Assembly (NCBI GenBank): GCA_020137815.1
Contig: CM035357.1
Location: 310,001-374,000 of the forward strand
Reading direction: 5' to 3'
Length of the DNA: 64,000 nt
Source of the DNA: Hormiphora californensis
Taxonomy: Eukaryota; Animalia; Ctenophora
Both the position numbers and the translations under genes were made by a program. Under the pieces are notes generated by a model. It searched no databases. It saw nothing but the letters and a program-made list of their open reading frames with translations, and had not been told where the DNA came from. Of this stretch, positions 21,901-34,070 are shown in pieces. Numbering within the stretch: position 1 is the stretch's first letter; each line of letters opens with the position of its first letter.

Positions 21901-24900
21901 CGTTCAAAGATCGTGCAAGATTGTTGATTTAACAAAATTTCGACCAAATGAACTGGCGATTTTATCACTTTTAAGTGCAAGATGTGGTGTAATATACCAC
22001 TGGTATGTGTTGCAGATGGTATGTGTGTTAATATGAAAGTTTTATTGAAATAACACCGCCATTTCCCTGATCTTCTCGGAATTTACCCGACAGTTATAAT
22101 TATAGCATCTAGTTATAACATCATGATGGGTACATGCAGTATATATTGGTGAGACCAGCTTGAGAAAGTGGTGCAACGATCGCAATTCCTAGCCATCTTA
22201 CCACCTCAAATTCTTGCCTATACTGTACTGCTTTACCTGCTGAAACCTACTTACTAGATCTCAAGCGTGTGACGTTTAAACTGTTATACCACCAAATTAA
22301 CAAACCTCCATAATTTGTTAATAATTTTTTAGTAAGCTTCCCTTAAATTATCCCCTATTCTGTTTAGGAAGTTACTTGATGAAGATTGGTCGGACCTGAG
22401 TGAGGATGAATCAATGTAAGTACATTTGTGATAATTTCTCTATAACTTGCAGTATATTGAGATTCGCACATAACAATTCCTTTATGACTGCATATACAGA
22501 GCTATATCAATTTGAATTAGAGCACACATCAGCAAAGTTTTCTAAAGTTTTGAAATCTCTACTCAAGATCCAGTAGCTACTATTACCAGTAAGATCCAGT
22601 AGTCTGTAAAACACATTATCGAGTTTTCGTGCTGGAAACTTTCGGAAGTTGTCTCTCTTTGTTCAGATTTCACACCTTTTTTCAGTTGCATTGCAGGTTT
22701 TGTCTAAAGCCCACAAAATCTAAACTACAGTCATATCATAGCACCATGCAGCTACATTGCATCTTGGATTCCGTGCAAATCTGATCATACTCTTTGTCTT
22801 GAAAACAAAAAGTGTTATCGGGTGTTTCCAGCAGAAACCCGCTAAATCTCTGCAAACTCTATTGACCACAGCTTTTTACCACCCCTCTCTCACACCTCTA
22901 GATGATGTTATAAAAGCCGGCGCAATACTTTATTTCTCCTCATTTTGCACGAACCTCTGAAGCACAGACTGAAGCCCACTTTCTCTCCCCAGCAGACAAC
23001 AGAGGTGAGTACCTGTATCTGTGTCTAGTATATATGAAAACTGTTATTTGAATGGTGATTGGTGATCCTCGAAATATAGCCGTTTGAATTTTATAAACTT
23101 CTCTGCACCTGATGTCGCGTATAAACTATACACCACCTATTATAGCTATAGACCTGATTCAATCTATGGGATATTTACACATGTTCAGTTTCCAGCTGCG
23201 TTAACCAGTCTTACGTTACACTACCTCTGTTTAGATCACCTCAGCTCTTTAGAAACATTTCATTGAATTGTTGAATAATACTACCTCCAGTACCATACCA
23301 TACCTATACCACCATCTCAAGTTGTGACCCAGCTGGGCAATGTATCAAATTCACTAGTTCCCACATGTGTTCAACATTATTCACGTGTGCTCATGTCTTG
23401 TTTCACAGAATTGTCAGTCAGTGTAGAAATGAAACATTTGAGAACTCTATGCTTTTCATGCAGTTTTGCAGCGTTTTTCTTTGCACCCAGCGGTCAAATT
23501 GGATGTGTTTACTGTTTCTCGTCGGAGAAGTTGTTTAGATTATCTCGTGTGAGCTCCTTCCAGTTACCATGGCAACCATGTTAACTCCCTCCCCTACAGG
23601 GATCATACCATGGTAACCATGTTAACTCCCTCCCCTCAGGGATCATACCATGTCCTCTGAGGAGCGAGCACGGTTAACTGCTCCCCCAGTTACCATGGTA
23701 ACCGTGTTAACTCCCTCCCCTGCAGGGATCATACCATGTCCTCTGAGGAGCGAGCACGGTTAACTGCTCCCCCAGTTACCATGGTAACCGTGTTAACTCC
23801 CCCGCAGGGATCATACCATGTCCTCTGAGGAGCGAGCACGGTTAACTGCTCCCCCAAACTCCCCCAGTTACCATGGTAACCATGTTAACCCCCAAACTCC
23901 CCCAGTTACCATGGTAACCATGTTAACTCCCTCCCCCCAGGGATCATACCATGTCCTCCGAGGAGCGAGCACGGTTAACTGCTCCCCAGTTACCATGGTA
24001 ACCGTGTTAACTCCCTCCCCTGCAGGGATCATACCATTGTAACCATGCTAACTCCCCCCCCCCCCAGGGATCATACCATGTCCTCTGAGGAGCGAGCACG
24101 GTTAACTGCTCCCCCAGTTACCATGGTAACCATGTTAACTCCCTCCCCCCCCCCCAGGGATCATACCATGTCCTCTGAGGAGCGAGCAAGGTTAACTGCT
24201 CCCCCAACTAAGGCCGATGAAACTACAATCCCCAAAGCGTTCTTCAACTTCACTGTGTGTATTGTTGCGTCAGCCCTTCTCAGTATACCATATGGATTCG
24301 ACAAGACAGGTAAATCAATCGGCTGATAAATCTTCTGTCTCAAATCGTCACTGAATCTCGACCTAATTGACATTAAATATATTTCTACCACAGGTTGGTT
24401 AGGAGGATTGATATTGTTGCTGATGGTGGGAGCCCTGGTGGATTATACCCTAATCTGCTTGGGTGAGACCTGTATGAAACTCAACATCTTCGACTACCAA
24501 CAGATCGCTGAGGTAAGTTAGTTGGTCTTAGCTTTAGGAACCTGAAATACTGAGTCGTCTTGGTCTTTCTGGGGGTGGTTTGGATCTCACTGTCTGGCGG
24601 TACCGATCCAATCTGAGGCCTGAGCGCACTGTCACACGCTCAGATTAGGGCCTGGCATCGCCAGACAGGTTTAGATGAGAGATCGGATTTTTTTTTAAAG
24701 GGCCTAAAAACCCAAATTTTATTTATTTATTTTGAACACTACATCGTAACAAGCATGCTATTGGAGTCCCAAAAAACATAGGTACACGCCCCACGGACCC
24801 AAAGTGAGCCCAGGGGGAGCCCCTCAAGTTGGGGCCCAGTTGGGGTCCCCTTGTAAACGCGCTTGTACTCCTTGAAATGCTAACAATATGATCCTCTCTC

Positions 24901-27900
24901 AAATTTGAAGTTTTGGGTAAATTTATCCTTGTGTTACAGGTGAGTACATAATCTTTCTTGTCTCAGTATTCTGGTCTTTTTTCTCCTAGTTTTGATAGGC
25001 TTAAATAATAATTGATGAGAAAGATTATGAAATCTACTAAAACACAAGGATCATTTCTATCCTAAATTTTATATTTGAGAGAGGATCATATTGTTAGCAT
25101 TTCAAGGAGTACAAGCGCGTTTACAAGGGGACCCCAAATGGGCCCCAACTTGAGGGGCTCCCCCTGGGCTCACCTGGGGTCCATGTGGCGTGTGCCTATG
25201 CTTTTTGGGGCTCCAATAGCATGCTTATTACGATAGAGTGTTCAAAATAATTAATTAAAATTTGGGTTTTTAGGCCCTTTAACTTCGCCAACCCTTGCAG
25301 ATGTCGTTTGGTAAAAAGGGGAGGTATATCCAGGCTGCAGTGCAACTGTTTCTCAGTCTCAGTCTGATGGTTTCCTATCAAATCATCGCTGCTGGGTAAG
25401 TGTGCAAAGACAACTTTTATCTATCTGCTACCATTCGTTGGGTAAAGACAGGTCTACCATTTTGGTAGAGTCGAGCTGAGAGAGTGCTTAGTGCTAAATC
25501 TTCATTCTTCTAAATCCCATGCATATTTTTCAGTAACGTGAAGGGTTTGATGAGTCAGACGTGGGTTGGTGAGGTGGAGGAAGATGGTATCCCTCTAACC
25601 CTGATACTGGTCATCTGTCTAACCATCTGTATCATCATCCCTCTAGCTACCCTCGCTACACTCAAGGTTCGTACTTTAAATCATGTTTTAGCCCTCTTAT
25701 GTTCTAACCCTCTCCGAGGCCCGGAGGGTCGAACAAGGCAAGTTCTCCATCCAGAATATGAACTTGTGGGTTGTATGTATCTCAATTCCCAGTCAAGTAT
25801 AGTCAAATAGCATAACCCAAGAACCAATTAGATCTTCATTTTCATTTCCTCACTCTCTTTCTTTTCTTTCTCTCTGTTCCCGTACACTCAACAGAAATAA
25901 TCCCATTAGCCAGATGGTACGCTTTTCCAGAGGGTCTTTACCGCTTTCCTGCAATCTGCATTGCGGAACATGAACTTTAGTAAATAAAAATCTAACTAAA
26001 TTCTCTCAGATGCTGGGATACTCGTCTATGGTCTCTGTAGCATCCATTATGATCCTGACAATTGCCCTACTCTACTTTGATATCAAGAGGGATCCAGCCA
26101 ACGAGATACAACCTGTTTCTTCACAACTCTTTACTGGTCTCAGTGTGTTTGCCACTGGGTTTGTGTGTCATCAGATAGTCACACCCACCCTTGACAGCCT
26201 CCAGGTAAATCGTGCTCCCCTCATTCACCTGGTATTGTGTATGAACAATTCAGAGTGCTGCCACGATCATTTCAAAAGATGCATTATAGCTTGGTCTTTG
26301 CGGAAATTTAACTCCCTCTAGCATAGGAAATTAAGATTGAACGATCATTTTAAACCACATTTCCAGGACGATAATAAATCGAAAAAGCAAAAGTTCCACA
26401 TCGTAGTGCACCTAGCCATTGGGACGTCCTTCCTGTTCTTCGTGTCAGTGGGTGTCATGGGGTACTACCTGTGTCATGACCCCGAGGGGAAGAACGAGTG
26501 TCCGGGGAATATCCTGGAAGCAACCTGGGGACCTAAAGAGGACCCCACCAAGGATGGGATCCAATCTGACGCTTTTGGAAAGGTAATTTGGAACTAAGAA
26601 ACTATTCTCTTAATCATTAGTTTTGATCAAATTATTCACAACTGAACAGTGGAACAGTAAATCCCCTCCTCTTCAGATTGCGATTCTGATGTTTCTGATC
26701 ACGGCACTGTTTGCATACCCCCTGGAGCACTTCTCATGCTACAACACAATTTGTAAACTCCTCTACGGAGAATATGGACAACCTCAGAAAGTATTCGCGT
26801 AAGTCTTGAGAGTAGTGTTGAGAGGCTAGTGTTACAGTCGAGTTGAGACTTGAGACTCATGCTTGATGGCTAATGTGAACTCATGCAACTTATCTGTACT
26901 GATGACTTCTATATTAGGCTAATGATTCATTATGACTGATGACTGATGATGTGGATATTTCTCTACTTTCATAAGCAGAGTCATTGTCCCTCATGAGAGT
27001 TTAGCACTTTTCGCTTTATTCACTTACAAATAACTAACGAGCTGAGACATATGATATGGGCTAAATATGTGCGAGAGAGAGAAAGAGAGAGAAAGAAACA
27101 TTATATATTGAATCTTTGAATCTATAATAGTCATAGAGAGAGAGAGAGACCAGAGAGCTTGAGCATAATGAATTCAGACCATTATGCTCCAGCTCTATCA
27201 AGATCGGTTTCTATTCAAAGAGGAACAATGAAAAAGGAACGACTGCTTCATTTTAATAATGCAGCTATGTTAGAGTCCATTTCAAAATTCAAATAGGTCC
27301 CTCGAGACAACTGAAGAACCAAGCTACAATTATAAAATTCAATCCTTCTCTAGGGACCCCGATCTGCATTTTACGTAATAGACTGGGGTAGCAGTGTATT
27401 TCTCTTGGTGACAGTTGACACCCTTACAACTCCCGTGTGTAACAAAATAAAGCCAACGAAGCCACCAATTACTTATTTCCCCCAATAACTAACTTTTTCC
27501 TTTTGGACATGTTAGTTCCTTGTTTTATTCCCTTACCTTTTAACAGGCTGATAATCAAGTTGGGTTTGGTGCTCTTCACGACAATCCCAGCTCTCTTTAT
27601 TCGAGACGTTGGACCTCTCCTCTCCTGGGCAGGTAAAGATCAATATACAGTCGGACCCCGATTTAGGGACACCCTCGGGGGAAAGGGTCTTGTCCACTAA
27701 ATCGGGGTGTCCACTAAATCGGGGTGAGCCATATTTGGCCCATAAAAACCTATGTTATGCCCAAAATGCTATATTATTAAGACACCTCTAACTGTTGTAT
27801 ACAATATTCATGTATTGATGACATCATCATTTCTGATTAGAAATATAAAAACATAAAATAGTTTTTTTTTTCAAAAAAATGTGAAAAATTTTCTAAGTTA

Positions 27901-29046
27901 TACCAGCCCGTCCGATTTGTGTTTCGAATCGGTGCAGCTTACTGGATGTCCTGTCTAATTAGCGGATTCGAAACGAACCGATACGTGATACCATGCACCG
28001 AATCGGGGCGCCCTAAGCGGGTGAGGAAGTATCAAAATTTCAAAATAACTTTTTCTCTCAAAATTTATGGGGAGCACCGATCAAAGCATTGACTATCGTA
28101 CTGTAAAATTTTGCAAAAAAAGTTTTAAAATTTTTTAAAGGTATACCAGCCACGTCCGAATCGTATTTCGAATCGGTGCATCTTATCGCATGTCCTGCTG
28201 CTTATTAGACGGTTCGGAACGAATCGAAACGTGATCCCCATCGAATCGAATTTTTGACGCTTGGTGAACTTGTGATTCAATGGCCCCATGGGGATCACGT
28301 ATCGGTTCGTTCCGAACCGTCTAATTAGCAGCAGGACATGCGATAAGATTCACTGATTCGAAACACGATTCGGACGTGGCTGGTATCTTTTTGAAAAATT
28401 TTCAAAAAAATTTCAAAAAAGTTTCACAAAAAAATTCAAAAAATTTTTGGGGGAAAAAATCCTGTCCATAAATCGGGGTGCCACTAAATCGGGGGCCCCT
28501 AAATCGGGGTCCGACTGTAGAACGTTATAACTTATGTTAGTTTTTAGTACTTTATCTTGTTTGGTAATACAGTCGGACCCCGATTTAGGGACACCCTCGG
28601 GGGAAAGGCTCTTGTCCACTAAATCGGGGTGTCCACTAAATCGGGGTCAAATAAGGTTAATTTCCTATATCGGGGGGAAAAAATCCTGTCCCTAAATCGA
28701 GGTGCCACTAAATCGGGGGCCCCTATATCGGGGTCCGACTGTAATGCAATTATTAGCTGGCTCATTTTACAACCGACATCTAATTCCAGGCAATCTGGCT
28801 GCGTTTCCTCTTGGATTCCTTCTCCCACTGTCCATGGCGATCAAGAACCGAAACCAGGGAACTCCAACACGAGGCTGGGAGGTTATTGTCCGGTGTATCC
28901 TTCTTGGTATTACAGCATCCCTCATGGCATTTCAGATATTCCAAGGCCTGGCAGAGATGTATTGTAATCTGAAGGACGGGGGAAATAGTACAATCATTGA
29001 TGAGGATGTGGAGTATGAAACTAGAAGTCTGGTCAACTTTTTTTAG
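15942..29046 (+). CDS. Amino-acid transporter of the SLC38/Aa_trans family (SLC38A11-like) with a multi-exon N-terminal tail
   Basis: Core exons approximately 24158-24309, 24394-24512, 25301-25396, 25534-25666, 26010-26204, 26367-26582, 26678-26798, 27547-27632, 28790-29046. Motifs AFFNF..IPYGF..GWLGG, DYQQIA, LGYSS, FVCHQ, GNIL, LFAYPLE. Upstream exons 15942-15985, 20399-20485, 22368-22415 and 22993-23004 all join in phase 2 without stops (less certain; the start may lie further 5'). Confidence 0.85.
17672..17734 (-). pseudogene. tRNA-derived fragment (SINE head or tRNA pseudogene)
   Basis: Minus strand TGGTGTAGTGGTTAG (A box) and CCGGGTTCGAGTCCCCGG (B box/T-arm); no convincing anticodon or acceptor stem. 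Confidence 0.6.
17734..18516. repeat. G-rich 34-35-bp minisatellite, roughly 22 copies
   Basis: Unit GACCTGGGGAAGGGGGTGAGTTAGGAGGCAGGAT. Confidence 0.95.
18866..18940. mobile_element. Degenerate partial copy of the CAGGAACCGACCG hAT-like MITE
   Basis: AACAACCAATC...GGTCACGTGACTGGTTATCAGCCAATC matches the reverse complement of the 51707 and 57936 copies. Confidence 0.75.
21161..21420 (-). mobile_element. Decayed 3' fragment of an RTE-like LINE ORF
   Basis: DLMGKAQDREEWRR resembles the AQDRxxWR C-terminal motif of RTE-clade proteins. Confidence 0.5.
23563..24205 (+). repeat. Tandem array of the SLC38 acceptor plus exon start (five extra copies)
   Basis: AG|GGATCATACCATGTCCTCTGAGGAGCGAGCACGGTTAACTGCTCCCC repeated with GTTACCATGGTAAC spacers. 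Confidence 0.95.
24699..25278. mobile_element. Palindromic 580-bp MITE with TTAA TSD (Kolobok-like)
   Basis: TTAA|AGGGCCTAAAAACCCAAATTTT ... AAAATTTGGGTTTTTAGGCCCT|TTAA; inverted over nearly its whole length; ends about 20 nt before an SLC38 acceptor. Confidence 0.85.
27648..28517. mobile_element. Tc1/mariner-type MITE, TA TSD
   Basis: TA|CAGTCGGACCCCGATTTAG ... CTAAATCGGGGTCCGACTG|TA. Confidence 0.9.
28570..28741. mobile_element. 172-bp short version of the same MITE, TA TSD
   Basis: TA|CAGTCGGACCCCGAT ... ATCGGGGTCCGACTG|TA. Confidence 0.9.
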
Positions 29047-29713
29047 TGAGAAAATGAGCAAAAAGCGGTCTTTTAGGTTTTGTTAGGCACGATTCACGGG
29101 GTTTTGTGAGTCGGGTTTTTGTTAGTAATTAGGCAAGTAATTTAGGGTATGATGTATCTAAGCAGTAAGCAGTAAACCCAATTCAGTCCCTGAGTAACAC
29201 GACACATTTAACTGAGCTTATATTGGACCCAGTTTTGGTATGTTTTTTCTTCAGTTGGGAGGTTTTGTTAGCTAGTTACCTATGTTCAGCTGTTGAGAGA
29301 TGCTGAGAGCTGTGTTTTACTTTCATTTATCATGCTATTTTTAAATTATTGATTTAGTTGTGTATTTGAAATATAATTAGCTGTGTTCAGGGTTTAATTA
29401 ATTACAGCTATATTTTTCGTTAGAGTTTTAATGAACCTTATTATGATGCGTGGACACTGGACAATCGTCATCAAACTAATGAAAACTGTTTTCAATTATA
29501 CGGGAAAGAGTTAACTTTTTGGCATTAAATTTAGTGTAAAATGATAATTTAATTTTGTATAACTGTAGAGAGAATTGTACAAGAATTTCACGTTAATGAT
29601 AATTCCGCCAAGATAATTGTAAGGAAGACTGTTGAAATTAATTGGCTTTTTACAATTATCCAAAAAGAAAAAGATGTATTTTCCTTCGTATGTTGTTAGC
29701 TAGGCAATCCGTA

Positions 29714-29761
29714 TGGACAGGGCAGGGCCGGGAGGGAGGCATTGGACAGGGAAGGGACAGA

Positions 29762-29795
<34 letters not shown>

Positions 29796-29885
29796 CTGGA
29801 CAGGGACAGGGACACTGGACAGGGACTGGGACTGGGACTGGGACACTGGACAGGGACACTGGACAGGGACACTGGACAGGGACCT

Positions 29886-29928
<43 letters not shown>

Positions 29929-30017
29929 TGACAGGGACAGGGACAGGCCACAGGGACAGGCCACAGGGACAGGGACAGGGACAGGGACAGACCGGACAGG
30001 GACAGGGAGAGGGACAG
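29714..30017. repeat. (GGGACA)n microsatellite
   Basis: Direct inspection. Confidence 0.95.
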
Positions 30018-30674
30018 TACTATACCCCAACGGCAAACACCGATTGGCAAAAAATAAAGCGGAAATGAAAAAATAAAGTTTATACGCGGAAATTTAAATT
30101 GGGATTATTATTATTATTATTATTAAATCTTGTATACAAAATACATAACGCTTCTTTCTTGTAAGCTATACGGAATTAACTACTGAAAAGATTCACTGCT
30201 GATTAGATTCTATGCTCTTGATTTCTCTAAACTTAGTGATAAGTATATATATATATATATATGTATTATATTATATTAGTGCTGTAGTAATATAATAGTT
30301 GTAACAGATAATGATTAATACAGTTAATAAATTAAGTAATGTAATAAGTTAATTAATTAATGTAATAAGTTAATAAGATAACAATAGTAATAATGGTTAA
30401 TTAAGCTATGTAATGTAGTAGAGAAAAGCTACATTACTAGGCTATAGTAAAAATAGTGAAAAAGATTATTTTCACGGAATCACACGTAATTTAAATTTTA
30501 AGACGAATATTTAAGATAAGTAGAAAACTTAAGACTAATTTAGGACTAATTTAAGACTTAATTAAGACTAATTCAAGACTAATTTAAGAATATTTAGAGA
30601 CTAATTTATGACAATGAAGCTTGGATAACTAATTTACCTACTAAATAAAGTATAAACTTACAATAGCTGCTACG

Positions 30675-33600
30675 TTACGTCAATAGATTATCATCAAATG
30701 TAGAATTCTCTAATATATGTGCTACTAGCATTCTGAACTTGCGTTTCACGTTTTTGTCTTGACAAAATATTAAGGGGATACGGTAGTTTAATTCGTAGAT
30801 GGCTAAAGAACTGAGCTCCTGTCTTAGAGCAGACACTGCCCCTGCAGATACACATTCAAATAGTTTGTGGTAAGATGAGTCGGGCAACAACCCACACTCT
30901 AGGCATGTCGGAACGGACACCGTGCTGTCATGCTGCAGATACCGGAACGCAAAGTTCTGAAAACGTAGATTATGACCGTGAGTGAAGTCGATAATCGCCA
31001 TAGATTCTCCTCTACTGAGAGCTCGATGGAGAAGAGGGGTGAGAACAACTTCCCTTGTGTTGACCAGTCTTCTCAAGTCCTCCACCGTGTGACTAGGTTC
31101 CAGCGTATATTCATCGGTTTTGAAAAGGTGTTCCATTTGTTGTTTGACGGTATCATCCCACAGTTTGTATCCGTAGTCGTCTATTTCTCCTTTGGTGTAC
31201 AATAGCTGATCTCGCTCATAGTTTATCAAGTCACATCTTCTGAGAAAGCTCCTTCTTCTCGTAGCTGCCGGAACATTAGCATCTGTACTCTCCTGATCCT
31301 GGTCCTCCACCCATCGGAGATAGCATTTGGTCATGGTTAGATGATGTGCGAACTTATGGTACGGTTCCGAGTCAATTTGTAGAAGTTTGGCACTGATGCT
31401 ATCCTCAGCTAGCAACCCTTTCAGCACAAATTTGATCGTCAGAATCCTCAAGGTGACTGCAAGAGGTGGTACTGTTGTGAGAAGGTCTCCTATCATGTTT
31501 GGGACATGAAACTGACTTCCCAGGATTTTCAGCTTGGCTCGAGCCATGAGGTCTTTAAAGCTTGATATCCGGTCTTCCAGCCAGAGAGGGGCCGCGTATA
31601 GTAGCTTCGTAAGCACCACTGTTTTGAAAAGTAAAGCCAACGAAGTACTATTCAGTCCATCCGTTCTAGTTGTGGATGTCGAGAGTCTACTCCATGCAAA
31701 CCAGCATTTCTTTAAGGTAAAGGACGCATGTTGTTGAAAGTTCAGGTCTTTGTCTAGGTAAACGCCCAAAACCTTGCTGGAATCTGCATATAAAATTTCT
31801 TCATTGCCGAGGTAGAATTTTGGAAGTACTGTCGGTGGTTCTGATCTTTTAGGACGTACAACAAGGATTTCAGTCTTGTCTTTTCCACAGTTCACCACCA
31901 GCCGCCAAGTCCTACACCATTCGTGGATGTATTGTAGTACTCTTTGCATAGATGATTCACATTCTTTGTCTGTACCAGTGATAACTACAGTTCCATCGTC
32001 TGCAAATTTGAATGTTTCAGTGTGGTGACGAATATCAGTTGGTAAGTTTCTCGTAGTCAGAAGATCTCCGATGTAAAGGATAAATAGGAGAGGCGAAAGT
32101 ACTGCTCCTTGTGGTAATCCTGTGGTTCCACAGATTCTGGCTCGTCCCACCTTTCCGTTTATCTTCAAACTGACCAATCGGTTGCTAAGCATAGAATGGA
32201 GTAACTTCAGGATTCTGCCATGTACTCCTAAGCGATGGATTTTGTAGATGAGGAGAGGAATCGGCACACTGTCAAAGGCCTTCTCGAAATCTATCAGCAA
32301 AAGATAGGCGGTTGCCTTTCTCCTACGGTTTTCATGTAGAGTTGCCAGCATTCGGTATAGATATCGAGTACAGCTCCGGTTTGGTAGAAATCCTTCCTGT
32401 TCATCTTCGAGCAACGTTTCGCTATAGCAATGGTCCCTCATTCTTCGGTCTAACACCCTCTCAAAAAGTTTACCGATGTACATACTGATGGTGATAGGGC
32501 GGAAAGACCCCGGTTTGAGATATGAGCTCTTTCCTGCTTTCTTGATGAAGGAAACCGTTGATGCTCTCCAGGGCCATACTGAACACTTCAAACACAAATC
32601 GAATAACTCGGCTAGAAAGTTTACTGCCCGACCTCCCATATGTTTCAGAGTTCTCGGGTGAACCCCATCTCCATCCGCTGCCTTTCCACTCCAATCCTGT
32701 GCTGAGATCGCCTGTTCCACTTCTCTTCGTTCCACTTTGCTATTCAGTAGGTTCTCCTCTCCAGGTTCCTCGTCCGTTAAATCCACTGACATGATGTCCT
32801 CCACTTGCCTGCATATCCGCCTGTACTCCTCTTCATCGAAGTCCCTGTTCTTGAGGTGTTCCCCTTCAAAGTACGTCCTAAACAGTATATCTTCTTTTTC
32901 TGATTGACTGTGTTTCAGGGTGCCTTCAAAATCCAAACACCCTATGAAATTTTCCTCTTGGGCCAAGAACAATCCTCTGTAGCGCTTCCAGAAAAGATTA
33001 CTGTCGTGCACATTTAACCCTTGAAGTCGTTCATGTATCCACTTGTTCTTACTCTTAATCAGCGTCTCCTTGAAGATGGCTTTCGCTGCTTCCACGAGTT
33101 CTTTATTCCGAGTTGTTCGCCTGAATTGATAGTGTCGTAGAGCTCCTTGGAGATTTTTTGATAGTCCCGACAGTTCATGTGTCCAGAATGGTTTGCTATA
33201 TCGACAGATAGTCTTCTTCGAGATGAATAGTTCACATGCTTCTCTATGTATCCTCAGAAACTCCTTGTACAAGTCCTCTGGATCTTCAGTTCCACGTATT
33301 TCCGGAAGATGACGCTCCAAAAATTCCTTCCACTCGTCCCACTCTGCTTCCTCGTAGTTGAATACCCTCTTCCGCTGTATGTGTTTATTGACCTGACCAA
33401 TTGTTATGTGTACTGGTTTGTGTCCTCGATCCGGCGCTCCAGTGAACAGACAAAGCCCTTCGTCCTGATCGACCCAAAGTCCCCTAAGTGGTCCAGAGTT
33501 GCCAAATATCAATGTTAGATCTATGACACTACCTCCTCCAGCGCATAGAAACGTATTCCTCATCGGTGATAAGATCCGGGCCCCCTGCTGGTTACAAAAT

Positions 33601-34070
33601 GTCTCTAGTAGATGACCATTGCTGTTGTAAAGTCTATCGCCCCAAGCTTGTCCTCTCGCGTTAAAGTCCCCCATGACTTGGAGAGTAGCAACCCCGTTTG
33701 CATAACAGTATCTCCAAGCCTCTTGAATGGTGCTCAGTAGTCTGCTGAGGTCCGACGACGGGCTACTGTATACCGAAGCATACATCACAGGTCGCTTTGA
33801 AGGTGTTGCAATCACGAAAACAGCTGCAACACCCTTTACTTCTAAACTGGGAATTCTCTGAGGATAGAACGACTTATCAACCGAGATGGTGACACCTTGA
33901 TCGTCTGCAACTCCAAAAGTTCGTAGGTTTTTGAAAACGTCCTCGTTTGGTACCGTACCGGTTTCCTGCAGTGCCAGTACCGTGATGTTTCTATCGGAAC
34001 AATAGTGGTCAATCGCTGTACTGGAATGAGAAGAGAGGCCCGAAATATTTAGTTGACAGATACTAACCAT
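30675..34070 (-). CDS. LINE ORF2: APE endonuclease, reverse transcriptase, C-terminal CCHC
   Basis: QLNI.G, LQET, GDFNA, IDL, DRGH (APE); FRPI, IDFEKAFD, GLPQGAVLSP, FADD, LGV (RT); CLECG...HKLFEC. First ATG at 34070. Confidence 0.95.
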   Translation of the reverse strand: MVSICQLNISGLSSHSSTAIDHYCSDRNITVLALQETGTVPNEDVFKNLRTFGVADDQGVTISVDKSFYPQRIPSLEVKGVAAVFVIATPSKRPVMYASVYSSPSSDLSRLLSTIQEAWRYCYANGVATLQVMGDFNARGQAWGDRLYNSNGHLLETFCNQQGARILSPMRNTFLCAGGGSVIDLTLIFGNSGPLRGLWVDQDEGLCLFTGAPDRGHKPVHITIGQVNKHIQRKRVFNYEEAEWDEWKEFLERHLPEIRGTEDPEDLYKEFLRIHREACELFISKKTICRYSKPFWTHELSGLSKNLQGALRHYQFRRTTRNKELVEAAKAIFKETLIKSKNKWIHERLQGLNVHDSNLFWKRYRGLFLAQEENFIGCLDFEGTLKHSQSEKEDILFRTYFEGEHLKNRDFDEEEYRRICRQVEDIMSVDLTDEEPGEENLLNSKVERREVEQAISAQDWSGKAADGDGVHPRTLKHMGGRAVNFLAELFDLCLKCSVWPWRASTVSFIKKAGKSSYLKPGSFRPITISMYIGKLFERVLDRRMRDHCYSETLLEDEQEGFLPNRSCTRYLYRMLATLHENRRRKATAYLLLIDFEKAFDSVPIPLLIYKIHRLGVHGRILKLLHSMLSNRLVSLKINGKVGRARICGTTGLPQGAVLSPLLFILYIGDLLTTRNLPTDIRHHTETFKFADDGTVVITGTDKECESSMQRVLQYIHEWCRTWRLVVNCGKDKTEILVVRPKRSEPPTVLPKFYLGNEEILYADSSKVLGVYLDKDLNFQQHASFTLKKCWFAWSRLSTSTTRTDGLNSTSLALLFKTVVLTKLLYAAPLWLEDRISSFKDLMARAKLKILGSQFHVPNMIGDLLTTVPPLAVTLRILTIKFVLKGLLAEDSISAKLLQIDSEPYHKFAHHLTMTKCYLRWVEDQDQESTDANVPAATRRRSFLRRCDLINYERDQLLYTKGEIDDYGYKLWDDTVKQQMEHLFKTDEYTLEPSHTVEDLRRLVNTREVVLTPLLHRALSRGESMAIIDFTHGHNLRFQNFAFRYLQHDSTVSVPTCLECGLLPDSSYHKLFECVSAGAVSALRQELSSLAIYELNYRIPLIFCQDKNVKRKFRMLVAHILENSTFDDNLLT

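Noticed and set aside
29642-30076. GT/RD/CP-repeat ORFs in several frames
   Set aside because: (GGGACA)n microsatellite.
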